From NCBI GenBank assembly GCA_965195285.1, contig CBDAFS010000030.1, forward strand, positions 18,967 to 82,966: a DNA stretch of 64,000 nt. Direction: 5' to 3'. Made by a program: the position numbers and the translations under genes. The notes under the pieces were generated by a model. That model did not search any database. It was not told the origin of the DNA and worked only from the letters and a program-made list of their open reading frames with translations. The first letter of the stretch is position 1; each line of letters begins with the position of its first letter. Positions 17,207 through 27,451 of the stretch are shown here, one piece after another. This DNA is from an uncultured Aminicenantes bacterium (GTDB taxonomy: Bacteria; Acidobacteriota; Aminicenantia; UBA2199).

Positions 17207-20200
17207 TTATTTTACCTTTAGTTCAAAGCTCTGTGAATGGCTGTTAAACTCCGGGGCATACATGCATTCGATGTGGGCCATGCCGCTCTGAAACCGGCCC
17301 CGGTGTACCACCCGAAGGGAATATTCAAACACATAGGTCCCCTTGGGCAGGTAATCAATGAAAAAATGGGTGGCTGTATCCAGGGTGGATTCGTAATAAG
17401 CCAGTCCGTCCTGGAACTTATATCGGGATAGCACATTCACCGGTTCCAGGCCGCTGCCCCGATGGTCTTTCATATGGACATACTCCATATCCCGGTCGGT
17501 TCGCAGCTCGATCCGGACCACTAACAGATCACCCACCCCCAGGCTCCCTTGATAGGGTTCGATCATCGGTCCTTTGTCGGTGAAGCGGCGCACAAACAGG
17601 CGCTTCTTCAGTTTCAGGGGATTTCCGGTATGGGGGGTGATTTTTGAGATATCTTCCAGGTACTGCCAGTGAACCCCGCCCCAGGCAATGCCCTTGTCCT
17701 TTTTGGAAACCGTAATCCGGCCCATATCCGCAATAATATCCCGGGGCTGATAGACCTTTTCATAGTAACCGGTCCCGGCTTCCGGTTTTTCGATTTCCAC
17801 CTTTTGGCCACCCAGGGTGACCTCTACCGGTAAATCCGAAGCCAGCAAGTCGTCTCCCCGCAGCAGCACCGCATACACCGCATCGGCAGTGGCCTTGGTG
17901 GTTTTCCAGTCCCGGGCCTGCTTTTGTTTCAGCAGCCACACCTTACATTCCTCAACAGCCTGGTGGTCTCCCATTACTTCATCAAAGGCCTCGATCATCA
18001 CGGCCTGGGTTTCGATGGGAGCCCGGAACCACCACCAGGACAGTTCCGTTTCCCGCCAGTAACGGCCTAATTCCTCATTGAACCGGCTCCTTTCCTTGAT
18101 GGAATGCATGATTTTACGGGCAGTTACCGAATCCCCGAAGCGGTTCAGGGCCAGGGCCAGCTGGGCCTGATTCTGGCGATGGCTCAGCTTCAGCCAGTAC
18201 TCACGGGCCTGTTGGAGAAAATAATCCACGGCTTTCTGGTATTTTGAAGAAAGCGGATGCTTTTTCAGATAATAACTGCGGCCGTACAGGTACAGGGCAA
18301 CCCGGGAACCCAGATTATTGGATTTCAGATGTCCCCTGGACACAATACGGTTGTAGACTTCCAGGATCCGGTTATCCAGGAACCGGATGGCTTTTCCGGT
18401 CAGGTCAAGGGGAATGTCATCCACGCCCAGGTGTCGGAGCCGGCCGAAACCGGTAACAATATAGAGAGTAATATAATGGTTACCCGGTCCCCCCGGAAAC
18501 CAGGGCCAGGAGCCATCACTCAGCTGCATGTCTTCTAATTTCAGGTAGGCGCGTTTCAATTCCCGGTCCAGTCGGTTTTCATCGAAGAGCAGGCCGACCC
18601 GGTGTTTGGCCTGGGTTTCATTTTGGGCCTGCCTCACCCAGGGGCTTTCCCGCAACAACACACTTTTCAGATCCGGGTTTTTTTCCAGGTTGGACTTCAG
18701 AGCCCCGCTTGCCTTCCAGCGGTTAAAAATCCGGTGGATTCGGGGATCGGAATGGGCGATGTGGCGGGCCAGGCCATTGGCATAGAGCCGGTTGAATACC
18801 TGCTCGGAACACTCATGGGGAAATTCCATCAAGTAAGGCAGGGCCTGGACCGCATACCAGGCCGGATTGGAGGTCATCTGAACGGTCAGTCCTTTGTGAA
18901 CCAGGGTTTTAGAGCCGGAGGAAAGGGACAGTTTTCTGAACTCGAACCGTTTTTCCCCCTGCTTGCTGATCCACAGGGGTATGGATTCCCGCACCAACAG
19001 CCGGCGGCTCAAAACCGGCAGAACTCCCTCTTCGCCGTCAGAATATTCTTCAGTGGCACCCACGGCCCGGAAAGCCACCATATCCAACCCATCCGGGACC
19101 TTAATCCGGAATCTCAGGGTCCGGGACTGTTTGGAGGGGATGGAGAAGGTCTGGTCTTTATCCCGGTTGTTCAGGGAATCATCCAGGGAGGTTTCATTCT
19201 GTGGATTAAAAAATTGGAGCCTCAATGACCCGCTTTCCGGTTTATCCGACATATTGGTTACCTTTACGGTGAATTCGAGCTCATCACCCTCCCTTAAAAA
19301 CCGGGGCGGGTTGGGCTGGACCATGAGGTCCTTGCGGGTTATGGAGCGGCCTTCGATGCTGCCGTATTTCATATCAATGGTATGCGCAAAACCGATAAAC
19401 CGCCATTCGGTCAGGGCTTCGGGCATTTTAAATTCAATGGTCACGGACCCGTCCCCGGCGGTCTTCAGATGGGGATAAAAGAAGGCGGTTTCATTTAAAT
19501 TCTTTCTGGCCTGGACTTTGGAAAGATCAATTTTTTTTCCACCCTTATCCCTGTCTCCATTTCGTTTTGTCTCCTTTATGGTGGCATCCTTTCCTCCGGA
19601 AACTCCGTTAATATCTTCGTATGACAGCACCAGGGCCTCCCCAAGCGCTTTACTGAACATTTCTTCGGGCCTTAACACCTTCTGTTTGCTGACATGTCGT
19701 CTGGACCCGTACTGGTAACCGAAGAGGCTCTGGATCACCTCTTGGGGAAAGTGCGCATAATTGGCTGCTGAATATGAATAGCGGACATTCAGGCGGTTGA
19801 TAAAATTTGAGAAATCAATCCCTTGGTTGGAAAACCGCAAACGCAGGGAAGTACTGTCCGCATCGAAAAGGTTTGAAAAACCCTGAAAAAAATGGGGATA
19901 GTACTGGTCCAGTGACACATCATAGAGGGTGGCCACCATTTCCGCGGCCCTGATTTCAGAACCCGGACCCTTGATCTTAAGAGACCAGGTTTCCTTCTGG
20001 CCCGGTTCCAGGGTGGAGCGGAAGGTCTGCCACTGGAGTTGCAGTTGTTTGTTATACCAGGGCACATAGACCCGGGTGGTGGTTTGATACTGGCGATTCT
20101 GCTTGACCAGGGTGGCTACCAGGGTAAATCCACCCCGCAATTTTTCATCGATGGGAATCCTGATCAATCCCTGGGTCTGGCCCGGAGAAGTCCAGGATTT

Positions 20201-23200
20201 TTTCAGCCATTGGTTATCCTTGAATATTTCAATCAGCACCGGTCCCTGTTCATAACCGGTCCCCCACAGGGCTTCGAAGGTCTCACCTACCGGCAGCACC
20301 GCCTGTTTAACGGTAAAATAAAAAGGCAGTTTTACTGGAAAATGTTTTTTATCCTTCTGGTGAACTAAAAAATGCAAATAGGCCCGTACCGGGTTTCCAT
20401 ACCGGTCCTGGCTGGTCAGACAGGCCCGGTATACCCCCGGTTTTAGTTTGGCTTTCACTTCACAGGCATGACCGGAATTTTCTGAAGTCCGGAAAGCCTG
20501 TTTGAATACCCGGCGGCCCGAGGGCCATTTTTTCCAGTCCGGGGAATCTCTGAAGTTTCCCGGCTGGTCCGGAGAAGCGATTTCCATCTCCCGAATACCC
20601 ACTTCACCAATCAGGTCGCGGGGAACAGGTTGTGAAGGCCCTTGCAAGGCGAAAATCTCAACGTTTCCCACAGCCCCTGTTCGCTGACCATTGAGATTGA
20701 TGGTATTGACAGTAATGCATACCGGGCGGTCCTGTTCCTGCCAGTTCTGGCAATTCAGGGAGGCTTCCATTGAGGTATAACCCAAGCGTACCCGGGTTTC
20801 ATCCCCCCTGGTCTCCCCTGCCCCATCGGTCACTTCAGCCTGGAGTTTAAATGAAAAAACCGGTTGGCTGGAACGAGGTAGGCTGAGATCAGGCCGGGCC
20901 CTGAAGGTAATACAGAACTTACCGCTTTTATCGGTTTTCAGGGTACCGTGGATGATTTCCCGGGCTTCAGCCCGTTGTGGCCCCCTGTGCCAGTAATACC
21001 ACCAGTTGGGGAAGCGGACTTCACGCACCACCCGGTAACTGACCCGGGCATGGTCGATGGGGGCCCCGGTGTAGCTGCGAGCCTCACCGCAGACCGTTAC
21101 CCGGTCATTCAGGCGGAACTCACGGTCGGGCAGCTTCAGATCGACCTGAAACTTGGGCCGTTTATAGGCTTCCACCCGGATGGCAGTAACACCCCGGGGA
21201 GAATCGGCAACCAGGGTCATCCGGCCGGTCAGACGGTCCCGGGGAGCCATGAAGGTTCCACTGAAACTGCCAAAATCATTGGAAACCAGTTTCTGCCGGG
21301 CAACTTCCTGGTTGTTGACATCCCGAATACTGACTCCAACCCTCTGGTTGGGAAAAACCCGGTAATTATGAGTCCGGGGATCCAGCTCCAGGCAGATGCC
21401 CTTGAAGCTGATCATTTGACCCGGGCGGTAGAGTGAACGATCGGTGAAGAAAACGGTTTTAAAGCTCCGTTTTTTATGAATTGAATGACCGGGGGAAAGC
21501 CCGGTATCGCAATATAATCCGAGCCGGTCGGAGGTTATTGTCACCAGGCGGTTGTAATTGGTTTCAGACCCGCTTTTTTGTTCCCTGAAATATCCCCTCG
21601 TATCGGTATGCAGGAGCTGTTGTTCATGATATGCCCGGGACTGATAGTCGTAACGGTAAATCCTGACCGCTGCCCCGGAAGCGGGCGTACCGGAAACCGC
21701 ATCCAGGACATAACCTTCAAAAATTCGATTTCGACCCCGCAGTACCAGGGCCACCCGGCTGACCCAGAGCGGGCTGCTCTGGATTTTATTGGAAGTATCG
21801 TTAAAATCCTCTTTATAACTGGCCAAAATCCGGTAAAAACCCGGGCTCATGGCCGGGACCTCAACAGACTGCTTCCGGCTCTGGTAATCCTCGGTAGGCT
21901 TCAATGAAACCGACCATTCTGCCATTGGTTTTTCAGTCAGCATCTGCCGGAGTACTGATTCGGGTAATCGGTTAAACTGTTTTTTATTTTTCCCCTGGAG
22001 ATAGTCTTGCAAGTTGTCCCGGACAATTCTGAAGTTCACTGTCCGGATATTTTTATATTCCACTGTGAACCAATAAGGTTGATCCGGTATGATGACTTTT
22101 TCAGTCTTCAGATGAAACTGCTTTTCCTTGATCCGGGACAGCAGGGCCAGACAATTCTGTCCACCGCGGGATTTGGAAAAATTTTCATGGCCACGGCTGG
22201 CAATCTTAACAGCCTTTATTAACTTTCCCTGTTTTTTCAACTCATGAGCCCGGTAATAAGCGGCCAGACTTGACAATCGGGAATCGGGATAGCTCGACAT
22301 GATTTCCTGTAACCGCTTGCTATAACGATCGGCTACCGCCTCTCCAACGGCTTCATTTCGGACATACCTGAGGCGGTGAATATCAATATCGATGAAGGCA
22401 TCCCGGGTTTTATCATGCCGGTGAAAAAGCATGAGCTTCTGATAGAGCCGCAGGGCTAAATAACGGGGAGAATCGGTATCAATGGTTTTGATGTTCCAGG
22501 CCATGAATTGGGGGGCCGGGGCCAGGGCCGGGCTATCGGACCGGATATCAAAGGCCTGTTCGGGTCTCGCCGCAACCTGTTCACCGGAACTGTAAAAACG
22601 GAGAGCCTCCTGGGCCACAAAATCATACAGGGTCGGACGCAGGCCAATGGGAAGGCTTCCCTTGACTAAGAAATCGTAATAACGATCAACGGGAATTTTT
22701 TTCAAGCGGTTCTCGTCCTTTAAAACAGCCTTGAAGAGTGAGGAAATCTCATCAAACAATTTTGGCAGGTCCCAGGTGGTAAAATCCTTTTCATTCAGCC
22801 CGGCTGTACGGGAACGGTTCAGAAAACGCCAGCGATTGCGGGAAAAATAATGCCAGTACCACTGGGCCTGCACCACCTGCATCAGGGGTCTCATTTCCGG
22901 CCGGACCTGTTCAATCTCCGCTTTCAGCCGGTTAATTTTTTCCTCGGGCCGGTTGCCCTCGATCACCGATTCCAGAACGATTCGCTGGACAAGGGCCTTC
23001 AGGGCCTCCGCCTGTCGGTTCTGATCCAGAGCCAGATTGTATATGCGGTTCAGGTATTTTATCGCTGTTTTGGGCAGTCCGTCTTTTTCGGCCTGGTTGA
23101 CTTTTTTCCATAACACCCGGGGGTCGGTTTCCCTGATATCTCCCTGCTGGCCGATTCCCTGGGACAGCATCAGGACGATTAAAAAAATACAGATAGTAAT

Positions 23201-23218
23201 AAACCTGAATTTGGTCAT
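17207..23218 (-). CDS. Bacterial alpha-2-macroglobulin family protein
   Basis: Signal peptide, FTDRSLYRPG (MG2), RKNLNETAFFYP, PRFLREGD, thioester motif CSEQ, GSWPWF. Confidence 0.92.
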   Translation of the reverse strand: MTKFRFITICIFLIVLMLSQGIGQQGDIRETDPRVLWKKVNQAEKDGLPKTAIKYLNRIYNLALDQNRQAEALKALVQRIVLESVIEGNRPEEKINRLKAEIEQVRPEMRPLMQVVQAQWYWHYFSRNRWRFLNRSRTAGLNEKDFTTWDLPKLFDEISSLFKAVLKDENRLKKIPVDRYYDFLVKGSLPIGLRPTLYDFVAQEALRFYSSGEQVAARPEQAFDIRSDSPALAPAPQFMAWNIKTIDTDSPRYLALRLYQKLMLFHRHDKTRDAFIDIDIHRLRYVRNEAVGEAVADRYSKRLQEIMSSYPDSRLSSLAAYYRAHELKKQGKLIKAVKIASRGHENFSKSRGGQNCLALLSRIKEKQFHLKTEKVIIPDQPYWFTVEYKNIRTVNFRIVRDNLQDYLQGKNKKQFNRLPESVLRQMLTEKPMAEWSVSLKPTEDYQSRKQSVEVPAMSPGFYRILASYKEDFNDTSNKIQSSPLWVSRVALVLRGRNRIFEGYVLDAVSGTPASGAAVRIYRYDYQSRAYHEQQLLHTDTRGYFREQKSGSETNYNRLVTITSDRLGLYCDTGLSPGHSIHKKRSFKTVFFTDRSLYRPGQMISFKGICLELDPRTHNYRVFPNQRVGVSIRDVNNQEVARQKLVSNDFGSFSGTFMAPRDRLTGRMTLVADSPRGVTAIRVEAYKRPKFQVDLKLPDREFRLNDRVTVCGEARSYTGAPIDHARVSYRVVREVRFPNWWYYWHRGPQRAEAREIIHGTLKTDKSGKFCITFRARPDLSLPRSSQPVFSFKLQAEVTDGAGETRGDETRVRLGYTSMEASLNCQNWQEQDRPVCITVNTINLNGQRTGAVGNVEIFALQGPSQPVPRDLIGEVGIREMEIASPDQPGNFRDSPDWKKWPSGRRVFKQAFRTSENSGHACEVKAKLKPGVYRACLTSQDRYGNPVRAYLHFLVHQKDKKHFPVKLPFYFTVKQAVLPVGETFEALWGTGYEQGPVLIEIFKDNQWLKKSWTSPGQTQGLIRIPIDEKLRGGFTLVATLVKQNRQYQTTTRVYVPWYNKQLQLQWQTFRSTLEPGQKETWSLKIKGPGSEIRAAEMVATLYDVSLDQYYPHFFQGFSNLFDADSTSLRLRFSNQGIDFSNFINRLNVRYSYSAANYAHFPQEVIQSLFGYQYGSRRHVSKQKVLRPEEMFSKALGEALVLSYEDINGVSGGKDATIKETKRNGDRDKGGKKIDLSKVQARKNLNETAFFYPHLKTAGDGSVTIEFKMPEALTEWRFIGFAHTIDMKYGSIEGRSITRKDLMVQPNPPRFLREGDELEFTVKVTNMSDKPESGSLRLQFFNPQNETSLDDSLNNRDKDQTFSIPSKQSRTLRFRIKVPDGLDMVAFRAVGATEEYSDGEEGVLPVLSRRLLVRESIPLWISKQGEKRFEFRKLSLSSGSKTLVHKGLTVQMTSNPAWYAVQALPYLMEFPHECSEQVFNRLYANGLARHIAHSDPRIHRIFNRWKASGALKSNLEKNPDLKSVLLRESPWVRQAQNETQAKHRVGLLFDENRLDRELKRAYLKLEDMQLSDGSWPWFPGGPGNHYITLYIVTGFGRLRHLGVDDIPLDLTGKAIRFLDNRILEVYNRIVSRGHLKSNNLGSRVALYLYGRSYYLKKHPLSSKYQKAVDYFLQQAREYWLKLSHRQNQAQLALALNRFGDSVTARKIMHSIKERSRFNEELGRYWRETELSWWWFRAPIETQAVMIEAFDEVMGDHQAVEECKVWLLKQKQARDWKTTKATADAVYAVLLRGDDLLASDLPVEVTLGGQKVEIEKPEAGTGYYEKVYQPRDIIADMGRITVSKKDKGIAWGGVHWQYLEDISKITPHTGNPLKLKKRLFVRRFTDKGPMIEPYQGSLGVGDLLVVRIELRTDRDMEYVHMKDHRGSGLEPVNVLSRYKFQDGLAYYESTLDTATHFFIDYLPKGTYVFEYSLRVVHRGRFQSGMAHIECMYAPEFNSHSQSFELKVK

Positions 23219-23344
23219 CTCGATTCTCCTCGTTTGACTTGGTTATACCACATTTCTCTCAACAAAAAAAAGTCTGTCATTCATGGTTTGACATCTCCGG
23301 GAGTTTGGTCGGACAAGGAGTCCGGATTGGACAGAGGGAAATGA

Positions 23345-23731
23345 AGGTTTAGGTTAAGGTAAAGGTAAAGGTAGAGGTAAAGGTAAAGGTAAAGACGTGA
23401 AACGTAAAGAGTAAAAGGTGAAGACGTAAGGCGTAATACGTAAAGCGTAAAATGTGATTGGTAATTGGTTAACTGTAGGGGCGAATGGAAATTCGCCCAA
23501 TTGTTTATATCGATTTTTCATATTGGTTGTAATAATCATCTCTTTCAGGGCAAACCGCCGTTTGCCCCTACAACAATTTTTCTCCTAATCTAAATTTGTT
23601 TTTGTTTTGAATTTTGGACATTTGAGTTTTGAATTTGTTTCGGATTTAGAATTTGGGATTTCGGATTTGTTTCTTCTGGATTCTTACTTCTGAGTTAAAG
23701 GCAAAGGTAAAGGTAGAGGTAAAGGTAAAAA
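23345..23731. repeat. Nested repeat mosaic (hexamers, ACGTAAA heptamers, REP doublet, CGGATTT heptamers)
   Basis: Directly visible tandem blocks. Confidence 0.9.
23475..23571. repeat. GTAG-family REP doublet (REPIN-like), copy 1
   Basis: GTAGGGGCGAAtggaaaTTCGCCC ... GGGCAAACcgccGTTTGCCCCTAC. Confidence 0.85.
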
Positions 23732-23742
23732 GAAAAAATTGG

Positions 23743-23868
23743 CGGGCGTAGCAAACTATCTCCGGAACGGCTTGTGAAACCATTTTCTCGAATATCGAAA
23801 AATGGTGGAACGCTCACAAAAATGAGAACATTTTTGTGTAAAGTGAAGGAGATGTTTGTGAAAGCCCG
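23743..23868. other. Multi-branched structured non-coding element
   Basis: Closing stem CGGGC..GCAAAC.ATCTCC / GGAGAT.GTTTGT..GCCCG around two hairpins. Confidence 0.55.
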
Positions 23869-23906
23869 GAGGAGTTCTATAGCTGACTCAAAGGTTGAGA
23901 ATGTTC

Positions 23907-25124
23907 CTATTCAACCTGGATACAAACAATGGTGATGTCATCGTGCTGCTGGGCCGGGGCGGAAAACTCCAGGATGCGATCCTTGATGCCCATGATCATA
24001 TCGGTGGAGCTGAGCCGTTGTTTGCCCAGGAGCTTCAGGTGATCCTCCAACCGCTGATTGCCATACATTTCCAGGTCACTGTTCATGGCCTCGTTCACCC
24101 CGTCGGTATACAGCAGCAAAATATCACCGGACTGCAACTTCAGTGAAACGGATTCATAGCGGGGCGAGGCCATGACCCCCAGGGGGAAACGGTCTCCGGG
24201 ATTTTTCAGCACCTCAATCCGGTCAGCGCGCAGCAGCAGGGGCCGGGTCTGACCGGCATTGACAAAATCCATCCGCCGGGAATCCACTTCCAGAGCCAAC
24301 ATGAAGGCGGTCACAAAGCGGTTTCGGTCCGGACGGGAGTACAGGGCCGAGTTGATGTTTTCCAAAACCGTTACCACATCGTTCTGGTGCTGAATTTCGG
24401 AGATGAAGGCCCCGCTGGTATACACAGCGGTAAAAGCCGCATCCATGCCCTTTCCCGAGACATCCACGATGGTGATGCCTAATTTTTGCTTCTGCTTCTG
24501 AAACCAGGCATAGTCAAAAAGGTCTCCTCCCACTTCAAAGGCCGGGATGCAGCATCCTGAGATATCAAACCCCCTGACCTCCGGGTCCTGTTCGGGCATC
24601 AGGCTCATCTGCATGTTACGGGCGGTTTCCATCTCGATCTGAATACGGTTGCGCTCTTCCCGCTCACTGGCCACCGCCCAGATCAACAGGTTAACCCCGG
24701 CCAGCACCAGGGTGGCAATCAGCAGGATGGTCAGCGGGCTCCCGAACTGCAAATAGGCAATACCCATGGCAATGGCAATCAACACAAAGGCATTCTGGAC
24801 CAGCGGTTTGCGGTCCTGGGGAATGCGCTTGTAAATCTCCTTGCTCCAGGTCAGGGAAAACATGGCAGCATCCTTCAATCCCACATTTTCCTTTTGCTTC
24901 TCGAACCGCTGCCGGTAGGATTCGCGTCCGTGACGGATTGATTCCCAGGAACGATAGGCAATGAATCCGAAAATCACCAGCGACAGCAATTTTTCCACTA
25001 ATGAATTCCACTGCCCGGTCTTGATCACGATGTAAATGCCCTCGGCCAGGTTCAGGACATAGATCAGCAGTATCACAAAGGCAAGTGTCTGAAGGGTGGA
25101 TACTTTCCTGTTTTTGGCCGCCAT
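23907..25124 (-). CDS. Membrane-anchored PP2C (SpoIIE-like) phosphatase
   Basis: About four TM helices, then EVGGDLFD, DVSGKG, YTDGVNEA, DDIT. Confidence 0.88.
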   Translation of the reverse strand: MAAKNRKVSTLQTLAFVILLIYVLNLAEGIYIVIKTGQWNSLVEKLLSLVIFGFIAYRSWESIRHGRESYRQRFEKQKENVGLKDAAMFSLTWSKEIYKRIPQDRKPLVQNAFVLIAIAMGIAYLQFGSPLTILLIATLVLAGVNLLIWAVASEREERNRIQIEMETARNMQMSLMPEQDPEVRGFDISGCCIPAFEVGGDLFDYAWFQKQKQKLGITIVDVSGKGMDAAFTAVYTSGAFISEIQHQNDVVTVLENINSALYSRPDRNRFVTAFMLALEVDSRRMDFVNAGQTRPLLLRADRIEVLKNPGDRFPLGVMASPRYESVSLKLQSGDILLLYTDGVNEAMNSDLEMYGNQRLEDHLKLLGKQRLSSTDMIMGIKDRILEFSAPAQQHDDITIVCIQVE

Positions 25125-25134
25125 TTATAAAATT

Positions 25135-25163
25135 ATGCTAACGATTTACTCCGGCAATGTCAA
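25135..25163 (-). promoter_or_regulatory. Sigma70 promoter of the SpoIIE-like gene
   Basis: TTGACA-17 bp-TAGCAT just upstream of the ATG. Confidence 0.5.
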
Positions 25164-25239
25164 GTTTGGGGATGACAAAGTAAATCGGAAATGATATATT
25201 ATCGGATAACCAATTAACCGCTAATAACGTAGAAATCAT

Positions 25240-27447
25240 ATGAAAAAGACTATTCTTGTTTATATATTCATCTTATTTTTAGCAACATATTTACCCCTGT
25301 CAGCCAAAAAAAGACAGAAAGCCGAAAACACGACTCTGCTGATTACCGGGGTGATCCAGGACATTCACCAGAATCCCCTGGAAGATATCCGGGTATTCCT
25401 GAAGAACCTGGATCCCATCTGTTTTTCCAATTCCCGGGGTGAATTTGTCCTCAAGGTTTCAGGGGCTACCAGCACCCTGACCCTGGTTTTTGAGCATGCC
25501 AAATTTCACCCCTACAAGCTCCGTATTTCCGCTGCCAGAACCCGGAAGCCGCTCTCGGTGGTGCTTATTCCAAAGGAATACCTTCAAGAGGAGATATCGG
25601 TCACCGCCCTGAACCGGGAAGAAAAATCAGTGGATGTACCGGCTGCCGAAAGTGTGGTATCCGAACTGGAGATCAAGGAAAAAATCCCCGAAAATATTGT
25701 CAGCACCATGCTGAACACTCCGGGAATTCATTTTATCGGCAGCGGGGGATTTTCCATCACGCCCAGCATCCGGGGAATTGCCCGGCGCCGGGTACTGGTC
25801 CTGGTGGACGGCATGCGGGTCATCGGAGACCGTCGGGCCGGGGTTTCCGCCACTTTTCTGTCGCCGGAAATCGTGGAGAAAATTGAAGTGGTCAGATCGG
25901 CCTCATCGGTTCTCTACGGATCGGATGCTATCGGCGGTGTTATCCAGCTTCTCACCCAGAGTCCCCGCCCTGATCCGACCCTGCGCAACAGTCTGAACCT
26001 TTCTCTCGGTTCCTCGAGCCAGCGCATGAACAGCGGTTTGTTGACCCGGCAGAACCTTTTCGGTTTGAATTTAATCGGGGGATTTCAGCTGGCCCGGGCG
26101 GATAATTATTCAACCCCGGTCCAGGAAATCTATCATTCCGGCTATACTACCTACTCGGGCCTGTTGTCCCTGCACAGCAATAATGAAAAACGGAAGTTCA
26201 GCCTGAGCTATATCGGCGGATATGGTACTAACCTGGGTAAGCCCAACCGGGACAATGACCCGGATAACTACACCCGGGTTTCTGAAGAAGGGGAACATTT
26301 CATCCGGTTTCACTATAGTGAAAAACAGTTGGCTGGAAACGGCAAACTCGACGTGCTGCTGTATCTGAACCCCAGTCTGTATGCCCTGGAAAAGTACCGG
26401 GCAGACACATTATCTCACGAATATACCCGGAGCAGCGGCTATAACCTGGGTGGAAAAGCAACCTTTAAAAAATCCCTCAACCGGCATTTTTCTTTTCAGA
26501 CCGGTGTGGAATGGTTCGGCCGGCGGGATTTTGATTTTGAAAACTCCCTGGAAGACCAACAAGGCCGTGAGACAACCTTTCCCCTGAAAGACGGTAAACG
26601 GGATGACACCAGCCTCTTTCTGACCGCCGATTACAGCGGCATTCCCGGTATGGATATCATGGGCGGGATCCGTTACACCTGGTTTTCGCTGCAGGCCTTA
26701 GTGGATGACCAGGAAAAGGTCAAAAACTCGAATGCCCCGTCTTTTTTTTTAGGAGCAACCAAGAAATTCGGAAAGTCGGTTTCCCTGTTCTTCAACATGG
26801 GACGGGCCTTTCGCCTGCCCGGCCTTAGCGAATCCTTTTACACCGGGCTCACCGGCCGGAAGTATGTGATCGGAAACCCGGACCTGATCCCGGAGAGCAG
26901 TTTCAACCTGGATACGGGAATCAAGGTGTTTTTGAAACAGTTTTTCTTAGGGATTTACCTGTTCTCCTACCGGATCGATGACATGATCGAGCGCTACAAG
27001 AATGAGGACAACATCTATACATATGACAATATCACCCGGGGCCATATCCGGGGCGGGGAAGTGGAGTTTCAGTATTTCCCTTTCAGAAACCTGGAAATTT
27101 TCGGACACTATTTCCTTTACCATGGGCGGGATTCAGATCGGGATGAGCCGCTGAATGATATCCCCTCACCTAAATTGCTGTTAGGAGGTAAAATTTTAGT
27201 GGACCGTTTCTGGGTGGAGATCAACTATTTGCACAGTTTTGAAAAATCAGACCCTGGACCGGCCGAGGTCAAAAATGAAGCCTATCAACTGGTCAGTCTA
27301 AAAACCGGTTGTTACTTTTCCACTCGTTTCAGCCTGAACCTGAGAATCTCCAACTTTTTCAACGCCCTGTACTATCCCAACCCGGATCCGGACATCCCCC
27401 CGGCCAAGGGCATAGACATCTCCCTGGGCCTTCATTACAATTTTTAA
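25240..27447 (+). CDS. TonB-dependent receptor with N-terminal carboxypeptidase-regulatory-like domain
   Basis: Signal peptide, plug motifs SIRG...RRVLVLVDG and IEVVR...SVLYGSDAIGGVI, GNPDL.PE, terminal Phe. Confidence 0.92.
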   Translation: MKKTILVYIFILFLATYLPLSAKKRQKAENTTLLITGVIQDIHQNPLEDIRVFLKNLDPICFSNSRGEFVLKVSGATSTLTLVFEHAKFHPYKLRISAARTRKPLSVVLIPKEYLQEEISVTALNREEKSVDVPAAESVVSELEIKEKIPENIVSTMLNTPGIHFIGSGGFSITPSIRGIARRRVLVLVDGMRVIGDRRAGVSATFLSPEIVEKIEVVRSASSVLYGSDAIGGVIQLLTQSPRPDPTLRNSLNLSLGSSSQRMNSGLLTRQNLFGLNLIGGFQLARADNYSTPVQEIYHSGYTTYSGLLSLHSNNEKRKFSLSYIGGYGTNLGKPNRDNDPDNYTRVSEEGEHFIRFHYSEKQLAGNGKLDVLLYLNPSLYALEKYRADTLSHEYTRSSGYNLGGKATFKKSLNRHFSFQTGVEWFGRRDFDFENSLEDQQGRETTFPLKDGKRDDTSLFLTADYSGIPGMDIMGGIRYTWFSLQALVDDQEKVKNSNAPSFFLGATKKFGKSVSLFFNMGRAFRLPGLSESFYTGLTGRKYVIGNPDLIPESSFNLDTGIKVFLKQFFLGIYLFSYRIDDMIERYKNEDNIYTYDNITRGHIRGGEVEFQYFPFRNLEIFGHYFLYHGRDSDRDEPLNDIPSPKLLLGGKILVDRFWVEINYLHSFEKSDPGPAEVKNEAYQLVSLKTGCYFSTRFSLNLRISNFFNALYYPNPDPDIPPAKGIDISLGLHYNF

Positions 27448-27451
27448 TCTT

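Noticed and set aside
23345-23393. Telomere-like or G-quadruplex function for (AGGTAA)n
   Set aside because: Only GG doublets, internal location and degenerate units; no support beyond resemblance.
23354-23539. Short ORFs read from repeats (also 11603-11887, 16805-17011, 28588-28788, 14433-14738)
   Set aside because: Low-complexity translations (LPLPLP, YFLLLTS) arise from hexamer and heptamer arrays; no coding evidence.
23790-23830. c-di-GMP-I riboswitch
   Set aside because: AAACCATT...GGAACGC resembles part of the motif, but I see no GNRA tetraloop/receptor or P2 consensus, and no gene follows on that strand.
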